64,000 nt of DNA. Source: an uncultured delta proteobacterium (GTDB lineage Bacteria; Myxococcota_A; Polyangia; Fen-1088). This document shows positions 22,707 to 30,675 of this stretch, piece after piece (position 1 is the stretch's first letter; each line of letters starts with the position of its first letter). The position numbers and the translations under genes were made by a program. Below the pieces are notes generated by a model. It was not told the DNA's origin. It ran no database searches and worked only from the letters and a program-made list of their open reading frames with translations. The stretch lies in NCBI GenBank assembly GCA_963767925.1, contig CAVYGB010000002.1, positions 128,001-192,000 on the forward strand, written 5' to 3'.

Positions 22707-24932
22707 TCAGACGCCGGCTTCGCTGGAGAAGGAGAGGTGGCCGTGCTGGGTGACGTCGGCCGCGAGGAAGTCGTCGAGGATGGCGATGTACTCCTTGCGG
22801 CGGGCGGGGTGGGCCTGGGCGGTGACGAGGTCCCAGGTGGGGCGACGGGACTCGGTGAGGAGGTATTCGGCGCGGGCGCCGAGGGTCTGGTCGATGCTGC
22901 CGGCGTCGCCGAGGGCGATGCGGCGCAGGGCGGGCACGTCGCGCAGGACGATCAGCCAGGGGTTGCGGTCTTCCCAGAAGCGGTGGGCCCGGGCGATGTA
23001 GGCGCTCCAGCGATCGAGGCGGTCGCGAAAGGCCGGGCGGGGGACAGCAGCGGCGAGATCGTCGACGACGTCCTGGAACTGGCGGGTGCGGTTGCCGTCC
23101 TTGGTGAGCTGGCCGCCGACGCGCAGGCGGGCGGCGTGGGCTTTCACGGTTGTGGCGACCACCGGGTCGAGGGGGTCGGCCAGGAGGTGGATGCGGGTCG
23201 CGGTGGCGACGAGGGCCTCCCAGGAGGCGCTGGCCCGGGCCTCCTCGTCCTTGCGGAGGGCGGCGCCGGGGAAGGCGTCGATCATGCGCAGCAGGTGGAG
23301 CTGGCGGATGACAACGCCGAAGTCGATGCGCTCGGTGCCGGGCTTGAAGCGGCGGGCGATGGTTTCGGGGTCGATGAAGGCGATCTCCTCGCCGAAGCCG
23401 ATGGTGCGCCGGCGGCTCTCGATGGCGGCGGCCCAGAGCAGGGCCCGGGCGCAGCGGTGGAGCAGGCGCTTCTCCAGGCGCTCGTTGCCACACTCGAGGT
23501 ATTCGCCGACCAGCTCCCGGATGTCGTAGTGCCAGAGGGCCAGGCGCAGGCGGTCGCGCAGCAGGCGAAAGAAGCGGGAGCCGATGTCGTGGCTGCGGGC
23601 CAGCACGATCGAGGCGGTGGGCTCGGGGAAGAGCGCCACCCGGCAGCCGCCCTCGCAGGCGACAACGTCGAAGGGGAACGACCCGCACTGCCCGGAGGCG
23701 TCGGGCGTCTCGAGGTCGCCCAGCACCTCGCCCGCCCGGAAGGTCATCAGCTCCTGCGACCCGTCCATCATCCGGGCAGCGCCCTCCAGCACGGCGTACA
23801 GCTCCCCGCCCATGTTGTGCACGCGGATCACGAACGACCCCGCTGAAAAATCGAACACCCGCGGCGGCCGGGGTGCGCCCCCCGCCACGCTGAGGGATCC
23901 GCCCGGGCCGCCGGCGGCCGTGCTGGCAGCGCCGGTTGCCGCGGCGGGAGCGGCGCCTCCGCTGACGGCGATGCTGGCGCGGAGGGCGGCGGCGTCGCTG
24001 TCTTCGGGCCAGGTGACCGGCTCGGCGGTGGGGACGACGCCGTGGCGGGCGGAGAGCAGCCAGGCCCAGAAGACGGGGCGGCGGGAGGCGTCGTCCTTCT
24101 GCTCGGGGGCCGCCTGGGTGTGCTCGCGGTGGAAGAAGAGCGGCTCGCAGCGGCGCACGAACAGGCCGGCATCGCGAAACAAGCGCTCGCAGGTGCGGCG
24201 CGAGCGCTGCCAGACGGTCACCTCGCGCTGGCACGACTCGATGAGCGCGCGCTGCTGGAAGGTGTGCTCCCCGGAGCGGGCCACCTCCCCCTCGACCGGC
24301 TGGAAGCGCTCGGGGGCGAGGGAGATGAAGAGCAGCGGCACCTCCCCGGGCAGGCCGCGGGCAAAGGCGGCGAGCCCGCTCAGGAACCCGGTCAGCTCGA
24401 CCAGGTGATCGAGCAGCACCACCCCCACCACCAGATCGGGGACCCCCGCCGCCGCCAGCGCCCGGGCGCAGTCCTGCTCCAGCTCCGCCCGCAGAAACCG
24501 CGCCCGCCCCACCCCATCGCCCGGCGGGGCGCCGTCGTCCGCGCCCGCGCCGCCGTTACCCGCGCGGTCGGGGCTGTCGCTGTCGCTGTGCTGGGCGCGC
24601 TGGCTGGCGATGGCGAGCAGGGGGTCGGAGCTGTCGAGGCCGACGTAGGAGGCGCCGCGGGCGCACAGCTCGCGGCCCAGACAGCCCTCGCCGCAGCCGA
24701 GGTCCAGGACGGTCACGCCGTCGAGGCGCGCTGGCTCCGCCGCGCCGGCAGCCAGGCTGCGGCGCAGCGCCTCGAACACCGACGGCTCGAAGGGGTCTTT
24801 GCCGGCGGCGACCCGCTCGGCCAGGGCCAGCACCAGCGGGTGGATCAGCGATTGGCGCCAGTAGTCGCCCCGCGCGCCCATGGCCCGGACCCAGGGCTCG
24901 ACGAGCTGGGGCTCCTCCCATTCGGCGCGCAT
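22707..24932 (-). CDS. class I SAM-dependent methyltransferase fused to a cNMP-binding/Crp-like module
   Basis: VLDLGCGEG and GLDSS in the N-terminal part; ELYAVLEG...GEVLGD beta-roll near aa 355-440; C-terminal LIVLRDVPALRRIA. Confidence 0.7.
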   Translation of the reverse strand: MRAEWEEPQLVEPWVRAMGARGDYWRQSLIHPLVLALAERVAAGKDPFEPSVFEALRRSLAAGAAEPARLDGVTVLDLGCGEGCLGRELCARGASYVGLDSSDPLLAIASQRAQHSDSDSPDRAGNGGAGADDGAPPGDGVGRARFLRAELEQDCARALAAAGVPDLVVGVVLLDHLVELTGFLSGLAAFARGLPGEVPLLFISLAPERFQPVEGEVARSGEHTFQQRALIESCQREVTVWQRSRRTCERLFRDAGLFVRRCEPLFFHREHTQAAPEQKDDASRRPVFWAWLLSARHGVVPTAEPVTWPEDSDAAALRASIAVSGGAAPAAATGAASTAAGGPGGSLSVAGGAPRPPRVFDFSAGSFVIRVHNMGGELYAVLEGAARMMDGSQELMTFRAGEVLGDLETPDASGQCGSFPFDVVACEGGCRVALFPEPTASIVLARSHDIGSRFFRLLRDRLRLALWHYDIRELVGEYLECGNERLEKRLLHRCARALLWAAAIESRRRTIGFGEEIAFIDPETIARRFKPGTERIDFGVVIRQLHLLRMIDAFPGAALRKDEEARASASWEALVATATRIHLLADPLDPVVATTVKAHAARLRVGGQLTKDGNRTRQFQDVVDDLAAAVPRPAFRDRLDRWSAYIARAHRFWEDRNPWLIVLRDVPALRRIALGDAGSIDQTLGARAEYLLTESRRPTWDLVTAQAHPARRKEYIAILDDFLAADVTQHGHLSFSSEAGV

Positions 24933-24995
24933 CCCCCGAGTTTATGCCACCCCGACCGCCGGGCATGTGTCGGGCGCCACCGCGTGGCGGCGCGG

Positions 24996-25577
24996 TCAGC
25001 TCGGGCCGACGGTCTCTTCGGTCCAGGAGGCGACGGCGCGGGGGGCGAGGAGGGCGCGGCCGACCACCACGCGGGTGTCGTCCGCCCAGAAGAGCCAATC
25101 CTTCCGGTCCAGCGCCGGGAGCTGCCAGGGGAGGATGGAGGCGGGGCCCTCGTCGAGAGCGCGCAGGACGATCAAGCGGGCCGCCCGCTCGGGGCCGGCG
25201 CGTTCCACCCAGGCAACCGCACACCGGTCGCGCCGCCAGGTCGGGTGGACCACGATGTCGACCTTGCCCGCGCCCGGATGAACCCGCTGGCCATCCAGGA
25301 ACACCGCCCCCCGCGCCACCCGCAGCGAGGGCCTGCGGCAGGAGGTCCCGGCCACGGGCAACCCGCGCGCCACCGACCCGGTCCGCCCGCGCACCTGCGA
25401 GACGCCCGCCCCACGCGCCGCCGGCCTCGACAGTGACGCCGTCAACCCCTCGGCCTGCCCCGCGCGGGGCACCCCGCCGGCGATCAGGCCGGCGATGGCG
25501 GCGACCAGCAGCCCGGTCCCACCACCCGCGCGCTTCCCCGCTCCCACCCGCACCGGCCTGTTGACGGCTGTTGTCAC
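24996..25577 (-). CDS. hypothetical secreted protein
   Basis: GGAGG RBS before GTG; N-terminal hydrophobic segment. Confidence 0.55.
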   Translation of the reverse strand: MTTAVNRPVRVGAGKRAGGGTGLLVAAIAGLIAGGVPRAGQAEGLTASLSRPAARGAGVSQVRGRTGSVARGLPVAGTSCRRPSLRVARGAVFLDGQRVHPGAGKVDIVVHPTWRRDRCAVAWVERAGPERAARLIVLRALDEGPASILPWQLPALDRKDWLFWADDTRVVVGRALLAPRAVASWTEETVGPS

Positions 25578-25601
25578 GTGTTCGCCCTCCGGAGGAGGAA
25601 T

Positions 25602-25620
25602 TTTTCACGGGACGTGCCAG
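25602..25620 (-). promoter_or_regulatory. sigma54-like promoter
   Basis: Minus strand CTGGCACG-TCCC-GTGA vs consensus TGGCACG-N4-TTGC, about 25 bp upstream of the start codon. Confidence 0.45.
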
Positions 25621-25826
25621 CTCCAGGACCGCCCGGACGGCCGAAAAGCCCAGTGGTCTTGAGCCCGGGCCGCTCCGCACCCGTTACGAAGACGTGACGC
25701 CCCCCTGCCCCCCCGGGCATCTCTTCGGACGCCCGGCCCCGCCCGTGACAGCCCACCCGCCCGCCCCTGGCCCCGCCCGGCGAGCGACACCCACGTGCCA
25801 TTCCGTCATTCCCCCCCGCGCGTTTG

Positions 25827-25953
25827 CCCTCTCCCCGAGGCCGTCTGCGGCCACGGGGAGAGGGTTAGGGTGAGGGGCGGTTGCCACGCCGGAGGCCCCT
25901 CACCCGTCGCGCAGACGCGCCGACCTCTCCCCACGGCAGACCGCGGGGAGAGG
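25827..25953. repeat. inverted pair of boxC-like hairpin elements with CAGA loops
   Basis: 25827-25877 (loop TCTG, i.e. CAGA on minus strand; tail GGGTTAGGGTGAGGGG) and 25896-25953 (CCCCTCACCC, two CAGA loops). Confidence 0.85.
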
Positions 25954-25962
25954 TGATGAAGA

Positions 25963-26214
25963 GGCACCCAGCGGGCGCCGGTGAGGAACAGGCACCCAGC
26001 GGGCGCCGGTGAGGAACAGGTGCCCAGCGGGCGCCGGTGAGGAACAGGTGCCCAGCGGGCGCCGGTGAGGAACAGGTGCCCAGCGGGCGCCGGTGAGGAA
26101 CAGGTGCCCAGCGGGCGCCGGTGAGGAACAGGTGCCCAGCGGGCGCCGGTGAGGAACAGGTGCCCAGCGGGCGCCGGTGAGGAACGGGTGCCCAGCGGGC
26201 GCCGGTGAGGAAGA
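25963..26214 (+). repeat. 28-bp tandem array, 9 copies
   Basis: Unit GGTGCCCAGCGGGCGCCGGTGAGGAACA (first two copies GGCACCC); internal hairpin GGTGCCC-AGC-GGGCGCC. Confidence 0.95.
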
Positions 26215-26246
26215 GGCGGCACCCGCGGGGGGGCGGGCGGGTGGGG

Positions 26247-27392
26247 TCAGTTGCCGCCGCCGCGCCAGCTGCTCTTTTCGCTGCCGCCGCCGCTCCCGCT
26301 GCTGCTCCCACCGCTGTCGCTGCTGCTGCCGCTGGGGTCGCTGGGGGGGCTGCTGCGGGTGGAGCCGCTGGTGCCTGGGCTCCAGCGGCTGGAGCTGCCC
26401 TGGCTGCTGCTGGAACCGGAGGTGAGGGACTCGGTGGTTCGATCGTAGAGGGTGCCACGCCAGCTGCTCTTGCCGGACTGGTCGCCGCCGGAGGCGGCGG
26501 CTTCGGAGCCGCGCCAGCTGCTCCCGCGGGAGGGGCGGGGATTGGCGGTCGACGGGCTGGGGCCGCCGCCGCTACCGGGCTGGTAGCCGTCGGAGACGTA
26601 GCGCCGGCCGCCGTAGGAGGGGTAGTGGGCGTGGATGTACGATCGGGGGCAGGGCCACCAGAGGCCGCTCCGGTTCCAGAAGTAGTAGTCGTCCCACCAC
26701 CAGGTATCGAGGCCCAGGCCGGAGTAGACGTGGTAGCCGCGGCCTGGCTGGTAATAGACGTAGGCGCTGTCGGGGGCGGCGCTGCGGGTGAACTCCGTCG
26801 TCTTGGCGGCCGTGCGCTCGCCCCGGCGCAGGCGCCAGGCCAGCTTCACCGCGGCGCCCTTGTCGGCGGGGGGCAGGGGGAAATAGATGTCGAGGTAGCC
26901 GCGCTTGCCGCGCGGGAGCTCGAGCACGGGGGCGCCCTCCGAGGTTTCGGAGAAGGTCGGACGCACGGCTCTCGCGCCGTAGATCAGGAGCTGCTCGTTG
27001 GGGTCGAGCTTCCAGACGGTGTCGTCGGCGACGTTGTCGGCGGCGAGGCGCAGGTGGACGTAGGTGTCGGGCTGCCCGGCCGGAACGGGGAGTCGCTCGC
27101 TGCCCAGGGAGATGACGTGCACGGCGCCCTGCCCGGACGCTTCCTGGTTGCCTTCGCTCCCTTCGGCGGTGATGGAATACGACGACACGGGCGGGCCCTC
27201 GGCGGCGGAGGGGGGCATGTCCTCCCGCTGGTACGCGGCCGGGACACAACCGGCGAGCCCCGCCAGCCCGATCGCCAGCGCCATCGCCGCGCCGGATGCA
27301 CCACCACCGGTGCTGTTGCCGTGTACCCGCCGCCCGACCGCTACCGCCACCGCTGCTCGCTTCGAGGTGCGCTTCTGGTTGGTCATGGTCAT
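26247..27392 (-). CDS. hypothetical lipoprotein with Ser/Gly-rich tail
   Basis: AGGAGG RBS; lipobox LAGC; Trp/Tyr-rich segment followed by SSWRG repeats. Confidence 0.75.
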   Translation of the reverse strand: MTMTNQKRTSKRAAVAVAVGRRVHGNSTGGGASGAAMALAIGLAGLAGCVPAAYQREDMPPSAAEGPPVSSYSITAEGSEGNQEASGQGAVHVISLGSERLPVPAGQPDTYVHLRLAADNVADDTVWKLDPNEQLLIYGARAVRPTFSETSEGAPVLELPRGKRGYLDIYFPLPPADKGAAVKLAWRLRRGERTAAKTTEFTRSAAPDSAYVYYQPGRGYHVYSGLGLDTWWWDDYYFWNRSGLWWPCPRSYIHAHYPSYGGRRYVSDGYQPGSGGGPSPSTANPRPSRGSSWRGSEAAASGGDQSGKSSWRGTLYDRTTESLTSGSSSSQGSSSRWSPGTSGSTRSSPPSDPSGSSSDSGGSSSGSGGGSEKSSWRGGGN

Positions 27393-27397
27393 TCCTC

Positions 27398-28204
27398 CTA
27401 GAACACGGAGACGGTCAGGTGCAGGCCGAAGGTCTTCCAGGATTCTTTCGGGTAGTGGGTGAGGCTGGCGTGCAGGTCGAGGCCCAGGGACCAGTGCTTG
27501 CGCTGCATCAGCTCGTAGCCGAAGGCGGCGAGCGCGGCGATGCCCTTGCCGCCGCTGAAGGACGTCGTGTCGGTCTTCTCCGAGACGAAGCCGACGCCGA
27601 GGGCGCCCCGCAGGTAGATGCGCGGGCCGATGAAGTGCTGCAGGCCCGCCGCGAGGAGGTCCTGCTTGAGCCAGGAGGTCTCGTCGGTCATCGGGTTGAT
27701 GCTGGTGGTGCCGCTCCCCTCGTAGCTGAGCTGCAAGATGATGTCCGGGTCGAGGCCCAGGCCGACGCGCGCGACCTGGTAGGAGAGGGCCAGGGCCCGC
27801 TCGCCCGGGCCGATCAGGGCGCCCGGGCCGATGGCGGCGGTGAAGCTGAACCGCCGCGAGACGCCGTCGGGCGCCGGCTGTGGAGGCGGGCCGTACGGGA
27901 AGGCGGGGGCTTGCTCCGCGGCCTGGGCGAGGGGCTGGGGGAAGGGATAGTCGATCGGCGGCTGCTCCGCCCAGCGCGGCGGCGGCGGCGGATAGGACCG
28001 CGGCGGGTCGGCCGCCGGAGGGGCCGTGGCTGCCGGCGCGGGCGCGGGGACCGCCGCACCGGACGCGGGGGCCGTGCCGGCAGGCGGCGCCGGCGCCTTC
28101 GCCCCGGCGGGGGCAGGGGCAGGGGCTGTTTGCGCTGCGGCGGGGAAGGCGAATGCGCAGGGCGCCAGGAGCGTGAGGAACGCGATGCGGGCGATCTGTC
28201 TCAT
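27398..28204 (-). CDS. secreted protein, Pro-rich linker plus probable outer-membrane beta-barrel
   Basis: Signal peptide, alternating hydrophobic strands, C-terminal Phe (HLTVSVF). Confidence 0.7.
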   Translation of the reverse strand: MRQIARIAFLTLLAPCAFAFPAAAQTAPAPAPAGAKAPAPPAGTAPASGAAVPAPAPAATAPPAADPPRSYPPPPPRWAEQPPIDYPFPQPLAQAAEQAPAFPYGPPPQPAPDGVSRRFSFTAAIGPGALIGPGERALALSYQVARVGLGLDPDIILQLSYEGSGTTSINPMTDETSWLKQDLLAAGLQHFIGPRIYLRGALGVGFVSEKTDTTSFSGGKGIAALAAFGYELMQRKHWSLGLDLHASLTHYPKESWKTFGLHLTVSVF

Positions 28205-28492
28205 CGAAAACCTCCCGGGTGAAATCGATTTCACTCTATACGGGGCGTCAGCGCACGAGCCCGACGAATTCTATGCTCGGCCGAAAACCCGCCCGCATTC
28301 CCGTCGCTGTTGCCACCCACGCGGACTTGCTCACAGCGGCCCCCACCTGCCCCCACCACGGGAACCGCCGCCGGCCCCACCGCTTGGAGACCCGCCAGGC
28401 GATGAACTCCCCTCGCGGATTCTCGACCACCCTTGGCGGCCCCACCCATCTTCGTCCGGGCCTGAACGTCCGGAAACGTCATTGATGATAAG

Positions 28493-29539
28493 ATGAGCGG
28501 GACCATGTCCTCTGCGCGCCGCCGGCTCGCTCATCTGCTCGATGGGCTGGGTCTGCCCCGGGCCATCCTTGCCGCACGCGCGCGCGAGCTCTTCCCCTGG
28601 CGCTGGCTTACCGTCCTCACTTACCACCGCATCTCCGACACGCTCGCCCCGGGCTGGGATCCCGAGGTGGTCGACGCACCGGCCGCCGCCTTCGAGGCGC
28701 AGGTCAAGCTGCTGCAGCGATATTTCTCGCTGATCGACACGCGCGACCTGGATGCCTGGCGGGCGGGTGGGCGGCTGCCGCCCAACCCGGCGATCATCAC
28801 CTTCGACGACGGTTACCGGGACAACCACGACGTGGTCCTCCCCATCTTGCGGCGCCTGCAGGCCAAGGCGGTGTTCTTCGTCGCGACGATGTACATCGCC
28901 GACCGCCGCGTCTTCTGGTGGGAGCTGGTCAACCACGCCTTGACCCTGTCCGGGCGGCAGCGCTTGACGTTGCGCTATCCCGAGCCGCTCGAGCTCGCGC
29001 TGGCCACTCAAGCTGACCGTCGATCCTCGGTGCGAACGCTGCTGGTGATGCTCAAACGTGAAGTGGGGGTAGATATGGAACGGTTTCTGGCCGAGCTGTA
29101 CGGCGCCGCCGATATGCGCATGGACCGCGAGGAGGAACGCCGCCTGGCCGACACCCTGCTGATGTCCTGGGATCACGTGCGGGCGCTGACCGACGCGGGC
29201 TTCGACGTGCAATCGCACTCCCACGCCCACCGGGTCTTGCACACCCTGCCGCCCGACGCCGTCACCGCCGACCTGCGCCGCTCGCGCCAGGAGCTGGAGT
29301 CGGCGCTCGACCAGCCGGTGAGCGCCCTGGCTTACCCCACCGGTCGCCCCATCGGCGACGCCCCCGCCCTGCGCCAGGCGGTGATCGACGCCGGCTTCCG
29401 TTACGGGTTCACCGTGGAGAAGCTGGTCCCCCTGGCCCACATGCGCGACTGGCTCGGCATCCCCCGCATGATGATGGATCGGGCGATCGGGGCGGCCTCC
29501 TACCGCACCGGCCTGGCCATCCCCGCTCTGGCCGAGTGA
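28493..29539 (+). CDS. polysaccharide deacetylase (CE4/NodB)
   Basis: LTYHRI, ITFDDGY, QSHSHAH, LAYPTG. Confidence 0.92.
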   Translation: MSGTMSSARRRLAHLLDGLGLPRAILAARARELFPWRWLTVLTYHRISDTLAPGWDPEVVDAPAAAFEAQVKLLQRYFSLIDTRDLDAWRAGGRLPPNPAIITFDDGYRDNHDVVLPILRRLQAKAVFFVATMYIADRRVFWWELVNHALTLSGRQRLTLRYPEPLELALATQADRRSSVRTLLVMLKREVGVDMERFLAELYGAADMRMDREEERRLADTLLMSWDHVRALTDAGFDVQSHSHAHRVLHTLPPDAVTADLRRSRQELESALDQPVSALAYPTGRPIGDAPALRQAVIDAGFRYGFTVEKLVPLAHMRDWLGIPRMMMDRAIGAASYRTGLAIPALAE

Positions 29540-29543
29540 TCCC

Positions 29544-30659
29544 ATGCTGACACTCGCCCTCATCAGCCTCGGGCTGCTGGCCTACACCTATTTCGGCTAT
29601 CCCCTCGTGCTGGCCCTGCTGGCCCGCTATTACCCCCGCCACAGCAACCACGCCGATCCCGGCTACCGCCCGCTGGTCAGCGTCTGCATGGCGGTGCACA
29701 ACGGGGGCGAATGGCTCGAGGCCAAGCTCGAGAGCCTGGCCGGCCAGGACTGGCCACCTCACAAGCTCGAGTTCCTGGTCTACTCCGACGGCTCGACCGA
29801 CAACACCGAAGCCATCGCCCGCCAGTGGGCTACCCGCGACCGGCGGGTGCGGCTGGTGCGGGGCGAGCAGCGCAGCGGCAAGCCGACCGGGCTCAACCGC
29901 CTGCGCGAGATCGCCACCGGCGAGGTCATCCTCATCACCGACGTCCGCCAGCCGCTCGACGCGGGCGCGGTGCGGGCCCTTGTCGAGCAGCTCGCCGATC
30001 CCCGGGTCGGCTGCGTCAGCGGCAACCTCGTGCTCCGGGGCGCCGCCGGCAGCGGGGTCTACTGGAAATACGAGAAGTTCATCCGCCGGAAAGAGAGCGA
30101 CTTTCGCAGCGTTGTCGGCATGACCGGCTCGATCGCCGTCATCCGCAAGGCCGACCTGCCCCGGCTGCCGCGCGACCTCATCCTCGACGACGTCTGGATC
30201 CCCATGCGCCTGCGGCTCGAGGGCCGGCTCATCCTGTTCGCCGAGGACGCCCTGGCCTTCGACGTCGCCTTCCAGGACGACCGCGAGTTCGGGCGCAAGG
30301 TGCGCACGCTGGCCGGCAACTACCAGCTCTTCGCCTGGATGCCGGCGCTGCTGTCGCCCTTCTCCAACCCCTCCTGGTTCGAGACGGTCTCGCACAAGCT
30401 GCTGCGCCTGGTGAGCCCCTGGGCGCTGGCCGTGCTGGTGCTGGCCTGCGCGGCGGCCGCGCTGCTCGAAGATCCCTCGGCCACCCGCACGCTGGCCACC
30501 ACCTTGCTGGCGGCGCAGGGGTTGTTTTACCTGATGGCCACCATCGGCCGGCGGGCCGGACGCGTCGGCGGGCTGGCCCGCACCTTCGTCGTCATGAACG
30601 CGGCGGCGGTGGTGGGGCTGTGGCGGTTCCTCACCGGAAAGCAGCAGGTCACCTGGTGA
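29544..30659 (+). CDS. glycosyltransferase family 2
   Basis: SDGSTD, GKPTGLN, TDVRQ, ILDD, RKVRTLAGNYQL. Confidence 0.92.
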   Translation: MLTLALISLGLLAYTYFGYPLVLALLARYYPRHSNHADPGYRPLVSVCMAVHNGGEWLEAKLESLAGQDWPPHKLEFLVYSDGSTDNTEAIARQWATRDRRVRLVRGEQRSGKPTGLNRLREIATGEVILITDVRQPLDAGAVRALVEQLADPRVGCVSGNLVLRGAAGSGVYWKYEKFIRRKESDFRSVVGMTGSIAVIRKADLPRLPRDLILDDVWIPMRLRLEGRLILFAEDALAFDVAFQDDREFGRKVRTLAGNYQLFAWMPALLSPFSNPSWFETVSHKLLRLVSPWALAVLVLACAAAALLEDPSATRTLATTLLAAQGLFYLMATIGRRAGRVGGLARTFVVMNAAAVVGLWRFLTGKQQVTW

Positions 30660-30675
30660 CAGGGAGGTCGGGCGC

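Noticed and set aside
25963..26214. CRISPR array (28-bp palindromic repeat)
   Set aside because: Repeat length fits, but there are no spacers
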